Shown here: positions 1-8,784 of the stretch, one piece after another | Layout: each line of letters starts with the position of its first letter | Numbering within the stretch: position 1 is the first letter of the stretch | DNA from: a virus | Taxonomy: Duplodnaviria > Caudoviricetes | Reading direction: 5' to 3' (one strand) | Virus record (IMG/VR): IMGVR_UViG_3300012971_000005 | Location: 1 to 54,684 of that record | Length of the DNA: 54,684 nt | Translations under genes and position numbers: made by a program | Notes under the pieces: model-generated | Seen by the model: only the letters and a program-made list of their open reading frames with translations | The model's database searches: none | What the model was told of the DNA's origin: nothing

Positions 1-123
1 GGCCATCAGGAGATGAAACGGACCTGCCTGTGGCTGAAGAATCTCCCCTATTTACAGCCGACCTGCCTGGTCTGGCCACGGGAGCAAAAGGTATGGCACA
101 ACACGAAGGGGGAACGACGCCGA
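1..123. repeat. Terminal direct repeat, identical to 54562-54684 (circular assembly overlap)
   Basis: The first 123 nt match the last 123 nt, and an ORF reads in frame across the join. Confidence 0.97.
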
Positions 124-186
124 GGGCAGGACCGCAGTCGGAGCTATCCAGGAATCGCCCTGGCCATGAGTACCCAATGGGGGTAA
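1..186 (+). CDS. C-terminal part of the DNA cytosine methyltransferase that starts at 54196
   Basis: Frame 1 reads GHQEMKRTCLWLKNLPYL...RSRSYPGIALAMSTQWG*, with TAA at 184-186, in frame with the ATG at 54196. Confidence 0.85.
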   Translation, partial: GHQEMKRTCLWLKNLPYLQPTCLVWPREQKVWHNTKGERRRGQDRSRSYPGIALAMSTQWG

Positions 187-232
187 CGACCATACACCCG
201 GGCGGGGCTTGTCTCCCCGCTCAGGGAAGGAG
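184..232 (+). promoter_or_regulatory. Intergenic stop-hairpin-RBS element, copy 2 (copy 1 at 53968-54013)
   Basis: TAACGA..GGGCGGGG-loop-CCCCGCTC-AGGGAAGGAG, closely similar to 53968-54013. Confidence 0.65.
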
Positions 233-239
233 TGAGACG

Positions 240-407
240 GTGGCACCCTATGTCCCTTACGGCGATGACCTGCTGGCCCTGCTCTGGGAGGCAGACCAGT
301 TGTGCGCGATCTGTGAAGAAAGGTTATGGACCCAGTGTGGGCGCTGGCACCGGGCGCTGCTGTGTCCTGACTGTGCCGATGATGAACCTGAACCGGAGGA
401 GGCATAA
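240..407 (+). CDS. Small zinc-finger-like hypothetical protein
   Basis: GTG start after GGAAGGAG; two CxxC pairs (CAIC, CPDC); acidic tail. Confidence 0.6.
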   Translation: MAPYVPYGDDLLALLWEADQLCAICEERLWTQCGRWHRALLCPDCADDEPEPEEA

Positions 408-410
408 ACC

Positions 411-803
411 ATGACCACCCGTCGTGCTTTTTTAGCCGCCACGCTGGCGTCCCCGATACTGACGCTCACGCTGCCCGCAGGGGCAGTCTCGCGGCCGCCT
501 CTAGGCGGCGGAGAGGCCGAGATGCTCGGCTCCGTAGCGGCGGAGCTAGGAGCCCTAGACGGCGTGGTTGCCGTGCTGGAGCTGTCCGAAGAGAGCCGCG
601 CGGCGCTGTCCCCGGACCAGGCAGAGGCCCTCAGTGAGGCGCTCTTGTATGCCCTCAAATATGATCAGACCATTAGTTGGCAGGCAGCAGCCTGTGTGGC
701 TGCCGTGCCGTTTTCTGCCGCACTCGTAGGCGCCCGGCTGGCGGGATTACTCGACCTCTTGCACGCGCGCCTTGAGAGCCGGGCGCGCACGCTCCATATC
801 TAG
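411..803 (+). CDS. Hypothetical protein with twin-arginine (Tat)-like N-terminus
   Basis: GGAGG RBS; MTTRRAFL followed by a hydrophobic stretch. Confidence 0.65.
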   Translation: MTTRRAFLAATLASPILTLTLPAGAVSRPPLGGGEAEMLGSVAAELGALDGVVAVLELSEESRAALSPDQAEALSEALLYALKYDQTISWQAAACVAAVPFSAALVGARLAGLLDLLHARLESRARTLHI

Positions 804-819
804 CCAGAAAGGAGACGCT

Positions 820-1080
820 GTGGACACACCAGGAGCTCCGAGTTTACTCTTGGCACTGCTCGGGCACTCGCCCGAAGCGTTTGCGGCTGTAGACGGTGAG
901 GCCCAGCAGTTGCTGCTTGCCCTCCTCTATGATCTGTGGAATCGCGATGAGGAGGTAGAGGCGTTGTGGCTGGACGTGCTCCAAAGTACGCAGCCCCAAG
1001 ACGCCCTGCAGCAGATTTGGGCGCGCTTGCAGACTCAGATCCGGGCCGCCGCGGCGCGTTTGGAGGGGAAAAGGCCATGA
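820..1080 (+). CDS. Hypothetical protein
   Basis: GTG after AGAAAGGAG; ATGA-coupled to the next gene. Confidence 0.6.
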   Translation: MDTPGAPSLLLALLGHSPEAFAAVDGEAQQLLLALLYDLWNRDEEVEALWLDVLQSTQPQDALQQIWARLQTQIRAAAARLEGKRP

Positions 1081-1232
1081 TCGAACAGCACTTTTATTGG
1101 CAGTTGTTCTCCATATACCTCGCCTTACTCGGGGTGCCAGTGCTGCTGGTGCTGCCGGTGGTGGGCCTCGCGTTGCTGGGTCGCGGGGCCTGCGGGGCCT
1201 GCGGGGCCTGGGCTAGGAGGCAGAAGCCATGA
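1077..1232 (+). CDS. Small single-pass membrane protein
   Basis: ATGA overlaps on both sides; long hydrophobic segment followed by a basic C-terminus. Confidence 0.55.
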   Translation: MIEQHFYWQLFSIYLALLGVPVLLVLPVVGLALLGRGACGACGAWARRQKP

Positions 1233-1630
1233 CGTGGGAAGAGCGCTTAGCCCAGGAAGGCTATGTGATCCGTGAGCGGTTCGCCAGCCGTGCCCCGAGT
1301 CCGGCCCTCCGCCCAAAGGATGCTGAGGCCGCCGAGACCATGCCCGAAGGCACGCTGCTGGCGGAGGTCCGGGCCCTGGCCAAACGCTACGGCTGGAACG
1401 GTGTGTATCATACGCATGATAGCCGCAAGTCAGAGCCGGGATTCCCGGATATTGTGATTTGCAATGGCCATTCATTGCTACTAAAAGAGCTAAAGACAAA
1501 TACTGGCAAGCTCACGATGGACCAGCAGCGCTGGCTGTCCCTGCTGCAGCACTGTAACACGATTGAGGCAGGCGTGTGGCGTCCCCGCGACCTCGCCCAG
1601 ATCGAGCAACGCCTGCGGAAAGGACGCTAA
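1229..1630 (+). CDS. VRR-NUC domain nuclease (PD-(D/E)xK; possible Holliday junction resolvase)
   Basis: Motifs SEPGFPDIVI, ELKTNTGKLT.DQQRWL and VWRP. Confidence 0.85.
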   Translation: MTWEERLAQEGYVIRERFASRAPSPALRPKDAEAAETMPEGTLLAEVRALAKRYGWNGVYHTHDSRKSEPGFPDIVICNGHSLLLKELKTNTGKLTMDQQRWLSLLQHCNTIEAGVWRPRDLAQIEQRLRKGR

Positions 1631-1842
1631 TGCCCCGCTATCTTGATGAACCCTTCGCCTTAGAGCTGGCGCAATTGGAGCAGGCGAGGAAGCTACTCAG
1701 AGAGTTAGCCGCACGGCCCGGACCGTTGCCGCCGTACTGGCGTAGCCGCTGCGCCCGCCTGGCGCTGACGCTGACGTCCCTGCGCCGGGATCTGGCCCGG
1801 CATGCCCGGCACAGGGAAGGCACTGGGGAGGGCTCCACTTAG
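1630..1842 (+). CDS. Hypothetical protein
   Basis: TAATG coupling with the preceding gene; AAAGGA RBS. Confidence 0.55.
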   Translation: MPRYLDEPFALELAQLEQARKLLRELAARPGPLPPYWRSRCARLALTLTSLRRDLARHARHREGTGEGST

Positions 1843-1844
1843 GG

Positions 1845-2042
1845 CTAAGCGCCATCCAGCGTGACTTTGCGCACGAGTTTGCGTGACGCTGGATGGGCTT
1901 TGAGCTTTTCCAAAAGCCACTCCGGGATCAGTTCCTGTAACTCTTTACGTTCGGCGTGGGTCACTTCACGGAGGGCTTCCCGCATCACCGGCGGGATAGG
2001 AATTTGTAACATATACCCCCATGTTTTACGCTTGGTTGCCAT
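1845..2042 (-). CDS. Small DNA-binding regulator, ribbon-helix-helix-like, divergent from the primase
   Basis: 65 aa, basic; beta-strand then helices (MLQIPIPPVMREALREVT...LQELIPEWLLEKL); GGAAGG RBS. Confidence 0.5.
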   Translation of the reverse strand: MATKRKTWGYMLQIPIPPVMREALREVTHAERKELQELIPEWLLEKLKAHPASRKLVRKVTLDGA

Positions 2043-2226
2043 TCTTGACCTTCCTTCCAATCTGGTTTACAACGCCCGGCATGTCCCGCTGGTTCCTGTG
2101 GGTCTCCAGGATGCCTCACCTGAAGAAGCATACAAAATTAGCTTTATTTTTACAAATATCATATCATTAATATTGGCATTGTCAATAATGCTCTCGTGTC
2201 ATCCTCTCACCTGCGAAGGACACCTC

Positions 2227-4161
2227 ATGAGTGAGCCCCACGAACCAGACGAACCTGTCTCAACCCCTGTTCCGCTCGCCGTCCCTGACGTGAACGCCCC
2301 CATGGTCGACTGGGCGCAGTACTATGCCAGCCTGGGGTGGCCGGTGTTTCCATGCCGTGGCAAAGCGCCGCTCACGGAGCACGGCTTCCGCGACGCCACC
2401 ACAGATCCCTTTCAGATTGCCACGTGGTGGGAACAGCAGTTTCCAGGGGCGAATATCGGCATCCCGTGCGGCCAGGACTTCTGGGCGCTCGATGTCGACC
2501 CCAGGCTGGGCGGTGACAACAGCCTGTTTCAGTTGGAGCGCCAGCATGGCCTGTTGCCACATACGTTGCTGTCACATACGGGAGGAGGAGGGAATCACTA
2601 TCTTTGGAAACTGCCAGACGGGCGAGTAGTCATCAATAAGGCAAAAATAGGCGATGGCCTCGACGTCCAGGGGTCTGGCTCCTATATCATCGTGCCACCC
2701 TCCATCCACCCGGAGACGGGAACGGCCTATTGCTGGGACCTGATGGACGGACCAGACGACATCATGCCGCAGGACGCGCCAGAGTGGTTACTGGCTCTGG
2801 TCACGACGGTACAGACTACGACCCCATCGGCTACCCAGTCCGCTACCTCACCTTCCCCATTACCGCCCGTGAATGCGCCTATCTTGCAGGGCAAGCGCAA
2901 TGACACCCTGTATACCTATGGCACAGGCTTTGCGCGGGCTGGTGCGTCCTATGAGATGATTCTGGCCGCACTCACCGAAGCCAATAAGCGCTGCCACCCA
3001 CCCCTGGACGGCGCCGAAGTGGCACGCACCGCACGCAGCGCCAGCGCATCACGACGTGCGATGTTGCTGGTGTCACCACCAGGAGTGCCAGCAAGCAGTA
3101 ACGGCACAGGACCAAGCCAGGGGGCGTCACAGTGGGGCACGCTGCCCGCCTCCGCCTATACGCCTATGACCTTTACGGATGCTGCAGAGATTTGGGACAA
3201 GCCATATAACCCGCCGCAGTGGTTAGTTGATGGCCTCATTCCTGAAGGGCTTACGTATCTTGTCGGTTCACAAAAATCAGGCAAGACGTATCTCAGTTAC
3301 AGTCTGGCATTAACCCTTGCGACCTCGCTTGTGACGCATCAGCGCTGGCTGGACTTTTATGCCCTCGAGATGGATGGACCGGTCGTCTTTCTTGCCCTTG
3401 AAGACACGGAGCAACAATTCTGGTACCGCATTCATCAGCTCATGCCCTTTCTGCAAACCTTTCCAAAAGATCGCCTCTTTTTCCGCTATGATCCGAGCGC
3501 CCCCAGTCTTGGCGAAGGCTTAGCTGACCATCTCTATCACGATATCGTGAAAGTCTATCAGCCTGCTCTGTTGGTGATTGATCCTATATCCTACGTCTCC
3601 GGTGTGAGCCAGAACAAGAAATACACCCTCGATATGTTTACGGAATTTCGCCGGGCTATGCTGCCAGTTCGGGCCATGGCAGCAGAGGAGCATTTTGCCC
3701 TGCTCGGTTCTGAGCATCGCCGCAAACAGAGTGCCGACGATGTCGATATTTTCGAAACCCAGCAAGGGACCAATGCCAAAGGGGCTATCGCCGATGCCAC
3801 GCTGGTGATTGTGCGAGAACGCGACGATATCACGCTGAGAGCACGGTTGCGTAATGGCGGAGAACAAACCATCACCATCACCTTTAGTTTTGATGAACGT
3901 CAGCGGGCGACTCTGGCCTATAAAGGGGCGCATGACGGCAATCTGGACCCACGCAATCATAGTGAATTAACCATGAAAGCTCGGGAAATCTTGGCGGCGA
4001 TGAAAGTACCTATGTCCGTTGCGGAATTATTGGCTGCTACTGGCATTCCTGATAGTCGGCAAGCACGCCAGGCGATGTTTCAGGTGATGTACCGGGCCTG
4101 CCGGGAAGGCGTGGCGCAAAGAACTAACCGTGGCATGTACGTCTGGACCGGTGGAAATTGA
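2227..4161 (+). CDS. Bifunctional primase-polymerase, PriCT-like domain and AAA_25/RepA-type helicase
   Basis: Prim-pol motifs (YASLGWPVFPC, ANIGIPCG, ALDVD, HTGGGGNHY, YIIVPPSIH); GKRNDTLY; Walker A GSQKSGKT; Walker B LLVIDP; AAGGA RBS before ATG 2227. Confidence 0.9.
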   Translation: MSEPHEPDEPVSTPVPLAVPDVNAPMVDWAQYYASLGWPVFPCRGKAPLTEHGFRDATTDPFQIATWWEQQFPGANIGIPCGQDFWALDVDPRLGGDNSLFQLERQHGLLPHTLLSHTGGGGNHYLWKLPDGRVVINKAKIGDGLDVQGSGSYIIVPPSIHPETGTAYCWDLMDGPDDIMPQDAPEWLLALVTTVQTTTPSATQSATSPSPLPPVNAPILQGKRNDTLYTYGTGFARAGASYEMILAALTEANKRCHPPLDGAEVARTARSASASRRAMLLVSPPGVPASSNGTGPSQGASQWGTLPASAYTPMTFTDAAEIWDKPYNPPQWLVDGLIPEGLTYLVGSQKSGKTYLSYSLALTLATSLVTHQRWLDFYALEMDGPVVFLALEDTEQQFWYRIHQLMPFLQTFPKDRLFFRYDPSAPSLGEGLADHLYHDIVKVYQPALLVIDPISYVSGVSQNKKYTLDMFTEFRRAMLPVRAMAAEEHFALLGSEHRRKQSADDVDIFETQQGTNAKGAIADATLVIVRERDDITLRARLRNGGEQTITITFSFDERQRATLAYKGAHDGNLDPRNHSELTMKAREILAAMKVPMSVAELLAATGIPDSRQARQAMFQVMYRACREGVAQRTNRGMYVWTGGN

Positions 4162-4163
4162 TG

Positions 4164-4380
4164 GAGACGTGTTGACAAAAAAAACAGTGTTGACAAGAAA
4201 AACAGTGTTGACAGTGTTGACATTTTTTAGTACAAAGAGACTAGAAAAAAGTAAAATAGTAATATGCCGGAAATGTCAACACTGTCAACGCTGTATACAC
4301 ATCTATAAAATAGCGTGTTGACAGGGTTTTTATTCATTTTTTCAATTACTTAAGGCCAATGTCAACGCTGTAAACAGGTG
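4164..4380. other. Putative replication origin: AT-rich region with (CAG)TGTTGACA iterons in both orientations
   Basis: Direct copies near 4169, 4185, 4203, 4212 and 4313; inverted TGTCAAC(A/G)CTG copies near 4274, 4283 and 4360; lies directly after the primase-helicase gene. Confidence 0.7.
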
Positions 4381-4714
4381 GTCTTATGCGCGCGTGAAGA
4401 CGTCTTCACATGTGAAGACTTATATATATAAGACGGGAGAAGAGGATGAATCGGCGACACAATGAAAAAATTAAAGTAAAGGATAAATAAATGTACTTAT
4501 CACAGTGGGGAGAACCACCGACTATCAACTGGGATATCGCCAAGGGCACACCGCCCCCAGGGCAACAGTCCTTGCTGTAAGGCACGACAACAAAATCCTT
4601 GCATCCCAGTATTGAGGATATTACAATCATTGTCGATATTGCTGGCCCACCGTGGGCCGCAAGCATCGCCAAACCGACGAACCGACGAACCGCGTTCACC
4701 GAAAGGACATTCCC

Positions 4715-5386
4715 ATGGTACAGTTTGTCTACAACCCGCCTTCTTTCAACGACGTCTCCAGTCTCACGCCGGGCTGGCATCCGGCCTTCCTCCTCGACAT
4801 TGAAGACATCGAAACGCCGCTCCATTTCAAGTCGCACGAGAAGTATCCACGCTCGCGCCGCTGGCGTCTGGCGGTCTGGGAAACCGACCTCTTGATTGAC
4901 CAGCAAGTGACGCCCGAACGCCAGAGCGCCCTGAGTTCAAGTGCGTTTGCACCGGCGTACACCCGCACCGATGGCCAGCACGTCCAGGCCGCCAAGGCCT
5001 ACAAATGGACCGAGGCGTTACTGGGGCGCCAAATCGTGCCTGGAGAAGTGATCGACCTCTCAGCCCTCATGCCGCTGGCGTGTCGCGTCGAGGTCGAGCG
5101 CAAAAACGAATACGCCAATATTACGGCCATCTCCCGCTATCCTGAACTGGCGTCGAAGCTGACACCCGGCCTGCGGCAATACCTGGCCGAGTTCCTCGGA
5201 ACGTTTAGCGACCAGACGAACCAAGCACCGCGCTATCAGAGCCCTCCTGTAGCCCAGGCAGCGACACCGACAGCGCCGCCGCCGGTCCAGCCCGGCCTGC
5301 AAAGCTGGGGCACGCCCGGCCCCCGGACCACGCCTGCCCCGGCATCACCCGCAGCACCTGCTGGGCCGAACACGCCACGCTGGTAG
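4715..5386 (+). CDS. Probable single-stranded DNA-binding protein
   Basis: Located in the replication module; beta-rich N-domain; long Pro/Ala tail ending in W; GAAAGGA RBS. Confidence 0.5.
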   Translation: MVQFVYNPPSFNDVSSLTPGWHPAFLLDIEDIETPLHFKSHEKYPRSRRWRLAVWETDLLIDQQVTPERQSALSSSAFAPAYTRTDGQHVQAAKAYKWTEALLGRQIVPGEVIDLSALMPLACRVEVERKNEYANITAISRYPELASKLTPGLRQYLAEFLGTFSDQTNQAPRYQSPPVAQAATPTAPPPVQPGLQSWGTPGPRTTPAPASPAAPAGPNTPRW

Positions 5387-5399
5387 GAAGGAGACCACG

Positions 5400-5891
5400 A
5401 TGGCCAGAGATATGGAACAAGATTTCTACGTCGTGCAGGTGCCCCGTACTGATCCAGAATGGGCCGCCATGTGGCAAAAAATTCCGCGTTACCTCGATGG
5501 AATGAGCTTCGAGTATCGTGGGACGTTCCAGCGTACCGATGGCTCCTATGCTCATGACTTTGAGACGGCGAGCACACACAGTTGGGGCTCATACGTGGTT
5601 CCAGCTTCAGCGTCCTGGCAGCCAGGGATCAGCCAGCGCTTGACGGAGGAGGTATCTCCTAGCGCAGAGTTAGAGCCAGAGTTGGAGGCAGAGTTTGTGG
5701 AGCTGATGACGGCATCCTGGCCAGATGTGCTAGAGGTTTTGGCGTGTAAGGGGCACAAACCGGCGGAACGCGGACACTATCTATGTGAGACCTGCTTGGA
5801 TGCGATGACTGATGACGTCGTCATGGTGGCAGGGCGGCAGCAGGCGCAGTGCGCGGTGTGTCGGCGTGCGGGGACCGGAGGGCAAATATGA
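5400..5891 (+). CDS. Hypothetical protein with C-terminal Cys/His zinc-finger-like motifs
   Basis: AGGAG RBS; CxxH, CxxC and CxxC. Confidence 0.65.
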   Translation: MARDMEQDFYVVQVPRTDPEWAAMWQKIPRYLDGMSFEYRGTFQRTDGSYAHDFETASTHSWGSYVVPASASWQPGISQRLTEEVSPSAELEPELEAEFVELMTASWPDVLEVLACKGHKPAERGHYLCETCLDAMTDDVVMVAGRQQAQCAVCRRAGTGGQI

Positions 5892-6097
5892 ACGAGATCG
5901 AGTCCAAAAATCCGTGCCCCTTGAAGGTGGGCGACACCTTTACCATGGCAGGCAGCTATCAGCGGCGGAGCTGGTGGCAATGGCTGACCCGCCAGCCGCA
6001 GCGGCTTGTGGTCTATCAGGTGAGGGGGGCAGTGGGGCATGATCCATCGCCGAGTGCTCCGAGCCCCCCCCGCTGTGAGAGACCAGGAGGAGGATGA
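5888..6097 (+). CDS. Hypothetical protein
   Basis: ATGA overlap with the upstream gene; GGAGG RBS. Confidence 0.4.
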   Translation: MNEIESKNPCPLKVGDTFTMAGSYQRRSWWQWLTRQPQRLVVYQVRGAVGHDPSPSAPSPPRCERPGGG

Positions 6098-6560
6098 CTC
6101 ATTGCGCGTCCGCCTGTCTACGGAACCCGATGGCTCGATTTGTCTCGAGTCAGGCTATGACCAGGTCTTTGTGCAGCAACTGAAGCTGGCGCTTCCCCTC
6201 GGGGGGCGTCAGTGGGTCCCAGAGAGGCGGCGCTGGCTGGTTTCGGCGCTGTATGCGCCTGAACTGCTGGCCTTCCTAGCGTCGTGGGGGGCACGGGTGC
6301 AGGACGACCGCGACAGCGGCACCCCCGTGGCGGTGCCGCCGGCCATGCCGGAGGAGCTCAGGCTCGCCTTCGACGCCCTGTTCCTGAGTTACACCGCGCC
6401 CCTGTGTGTGGCGGAGGCGAGTTATAAAGCTCTGGCGAAATACTGGCACCCCGACAAAGGGGGCACCGCAGAGGATTTTCACGGCATAGGTGATGCGATT
6501 GGCGTGATACGCCGTTATCTTGATGGGAGTCACGATGACACAGCCGACCCTCAACCGTAA
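6039..6560 (+). CDS. Protein with HARP-like N-terminal domain and C-terminal J (DnaJ) domain
   Basis: GRQWVPERRRWLV in the N-terminal part; YKALAKYWHPDKGG carries the HPD motif. Confidence 0.8.
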   Translation: MIHRRVLRAPPAVRDQEEDDSLRVRLSTEPDGSICLESGYDQVFVQQLKLALPLGGRQWVPERRRWLVSALYAPELLAFLASWGARVQDDRDSGTPVAVPPAMPEELRLAFDALFLSYTAPLCVAEASYKALAKYWHPDKGGTAEDFHGIGDAIGVIRRYLDGSHDDTADPQP

Positions 6561-7230
6561 AAAGATGCTGTCAGCCTGGGACGATGCCCGGCAAGCCCGC
6601 TACCGGGCGGCGCATCCGGAGGAGACCCTGACCTTGACGTTTCTCCTTGATGCCTCGCCGTCCATGCAGGGCCAGCCTGCCTGCGACCTGCGTCGGAGCT
6701 TTAACCTGTATATGTGCTGGTTGCAGCGGCAGGCGCCCCCCCTATCGATGGCTGCCGTGCGCTGCTTTTCTTCGTACCTGGACCCGTACAGCGCCGTGCC
6801 CCTTGGCCAGCTAACGCCCTTGGATGAACGCACCTACGATCCCTCGAGTGGCGATGGCACAGCGCTCTACCGTGCCATCGGCGAGACCTGTAGCGCCATC
6901 GCCACCGGTCGCAGTCGTGGGCAGCAGGTCCTGGTGGTTTTTACGGATGGTCTCGACAACAGCAGTCCATGCTATGGTTGGAGTCTGGAGAACACCCGTG
7001 ACGTGTTGAGCGGGCTCCTCAGGAGAGAGGGCTGGCTGGCCGTTTTCCTGGGAGCCTTTCCGCAGGCCTTAGAGATGGGGCTCCGTCTGGGATTCCACGA
7101 GGGCAACTGTCTCCTGTTATCCACCGACCAGATTCCCGAGGCGTTTCGCCGCTTAACGGCAGCGACGGAGCGCTATATAGCGGCAGGGCCACATCAGCGC
7201 AAGCTGCTGGCACAGACGGGGGTGTTTTGA
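6535..7230 (+). CDS. von Willebrand factor A (vWA) domain protein
   Basis: MIDAS motif LLDASPSM (DxSxS); GTALYRAIG; VFTDGLDNSS. Confidence 0.85.
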   Translation: MTQPTLNRKKMLSAWDDARQARYRAAHPEETLTLTFLLDASPSMQGQPACDLRRSFNLYMCWLQRQAPPLSMAAVRCFSSYLDPYSAVPLGQLTPLDERTYDPSSGDGTALYRAIGETCSAIATGRSRGQQVLVVFTDGLDNSSPCYGWSLENTRDVLSGLLRREGWLAVFLGAFPQALEMGLRLGFHEGNCLLLSTDQIPEAFRRLTAATERYIAAGPHQRKLLAQTGVF

Positions 7231-7421
7231 TGCGACGCCTTGACACGGAAGCCCGGCAACGTCTGCTCACAGCGTCTGCCACGCTCGAATATTGCGAGAG
7301 CCTGAGTAATCAGGGGCTCGCCGAACTCCTCTATGACAGCATCGTCGTCGAGTTGCCGGTACTCACCGCGGAGTTTGCGCTCCTCTCGACGATTGTGGAT
7401 CGGCTGCGGGAAAGCCCCTGA
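7227..7421 (+). CDS. Hypothetical protein
   Basis: Translationally coupled on both sides. Confidence 0.55.
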   Translation: MMRRLDTEARQRLLTASATLEYCESLSNQGLAELLYDSIVVELPVLTAEFALLSTIVDRLRESP

Positions 7422-7741
7422 TGCTGAGGTGGCTTTTCGCCGCGTGCAGTCTCTGCGTCATCGCGATGGCATGCTGGCGTATACAGGGCCGCACCACGGA
7501 CCACGCCACCGCGCTGCCCCAGTCAGGGGAATACTGGTGTCTCAAGGTCTTGTGGGGGGCAGACGACCCGTTTACCCCGGCGCACCTCTATAGCCCCGTC
7601 CGTATCGTGGAAGTCAAAGAGGGGTGGGTCCGGTCGCGAGATGTGCTCGGGATGGAAGACCGCATGCCCATCACGGATTTAACGGACGTCCGAGCCCGCT
7701 GTCTTGTCCAAAACGCCGTACGGCAACCCCGCGTGCGCTGA
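7421..7741 (+). CDS. Hypothetical membrane-anchored protein
   Basis: TGATG coupling; hydrophobic N-terminus. Confidence 0.55.
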   Translation: MLRWLFAACSLCVIAMACWRIQGRTTDHATALPQSGEYWCLKVLWGADDPFTPAHLYSPVRIVEVKEGWVRSRDVLGMEDRMPITDLTDVRARCLVQNAVRQPRVR

Positions 7742-7768
7742 GAACGGCACGCACCCACGAGGAGAGCC

Positions 7769-8632
7769 ATGCCCATGCACGCGATGGTGTGCGGTGGTGC
7801 CGGCCTGCCCCCGTCACCGGCGGCGCTCGCCTGGCTGCATGGGCACGTACGGGCTTTCGCCCTGCGCCGGCTTATTCTCGGTGGAGCAGTCCGCTGTAAT
7901 AGCACGGTTGAGGCGTGGGCCAACGACGCAGGGATCCCTACGGAGCCTATCCCTACGGACTGGCACCAAGGGCGGGCGCAGGGAGCAATCCGTGCCGCCC
8001 AGTACCTGCGACTGCTGCACCGCTATATGCGTGGTCACCTCTGCCTGCTCGCCCTCCCAGGTGGGGAGGGGACCGCCTACGTGGTGGCTCAGGCCGAGCG
8101 TCTGGGCCTCCCGGTGTATGTCTATACAGAAAGGAATGCTATGTCTCAGATGACAGAGGGCGAAAGCCCGATCCCGATGCTCGAGGATGACATTGCCGAG
8201 GTGCCCGTCCCTGCAACCCTCGCCAAAACGCTCCAGGATGCCCCAGGACAGGCGATCCCGCCGCCGCCCTGGGGGGAACACGAGGCACTCCTGCAGGGCT
8301 TCCTGAGCCATTTACTGGGCAGATTGAATACGGAGGTCCTGAGCAATTCCAGAGATGTGTTAAAAACCCTCGACGCGATCCTGGTGAGCATGCAAGGCTG
8401 GATGACAGCACGGGAGCAGAGTCCGGTGCAGATCGTCGAAGGCGTGGCGAAGGTGCTCAGCACGACCGGGCTCCAGCTCCGTCAGGACCCGTATACCGCG
8501 ACCGTCAAAGCGATGAGCCCGGAAGGATACGCCGTGGAAATCTTTATCGCGAAACAGGACACCGGCGACCTCATTACGTCGCTGACCCTGCTGATGGAGT
8601 GGTTGGTAAAATCAGCCTACAAGCCGCTCTAG
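7769..8632 (+). CDS. SLOG/YspA-like (DUF2493) domain fused to an unknown domain; probable internal start at 8141
   Basis: MVCGG, ILGGA, AWA..AGIP, TDW, ALPGGEGTAYVV..AERLGLPV; GAAAGGA before an in-frame ATG at 8141. Confidence 0.7.
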   Translation: MPMHAMVCGGAGLPPSPAALAWLHGHVRAFALRRLILGGAVRCNSTVEAWANDAGIPTEPIPTDWHQGRAQGAIRAAQYLRLLHRYMRGHLCLLALPGGEGTAYVVAQAERLGLPVYVYTERNAMSQMTEGESPIPMLEDDIAEVPVPATLAKTLQDAPGQAIPPPPWGEHEALLQGFLSHLLGRLNTEVLSNSRDVLKTLDAILVSMQGWMTAREQSPVQIVEGVAKVLSTTGLQLRQDPYTATVKAMSPEGYAVEIFIAKQDTGDLITSLTLLMEWLVKSAYKPL

Positions 8633-8700
8633 GACCCTAGGACCCTAGGACCCTAGGACCCTAGGACCCTAGGACCCTAGGACCCTAGGACCCTAGGACG
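8629..8700. repeat. Tandem array of 9 x CTAGGACC (last copy CTAGGACG)
   Basis: Read directly; the first copy contains the upstream TAG stop. Confidence 0.95.
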
Positions 8701-8784
8701 TGTCGACAGACGCACCCAGGGGGGATCGTGGCTCCTAGACGTTTCTCTCGACGAAAAACGAGGCATTTTTGAGAGGGGTCTTGC

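Noticed and set aside
1-123. 123-bp repeat as a true physical terminal repeat or att site
   Set aside because: It falls mid-gene and is a perfect copy, which is best explained as an assembler overlap on a circular or permuted genome.
1861-2226. 122-codon N-terminal extension of the primase ORF
   Set aside because: It overlaps the divergent regulator and an AT-rich promoter region; the RBS and domain start support ATG 2227.
4164-4225. Iteron repeats as a CRISPR array or as ORF 4130-4321
   Set aside because: Units are 9-11 nt with no unique spacers, and the ORF is just the translated repeat.
8629-8700. CTAGGACC array as CRISPR
   Set aside because: Pure tandem repeat with no spacers.
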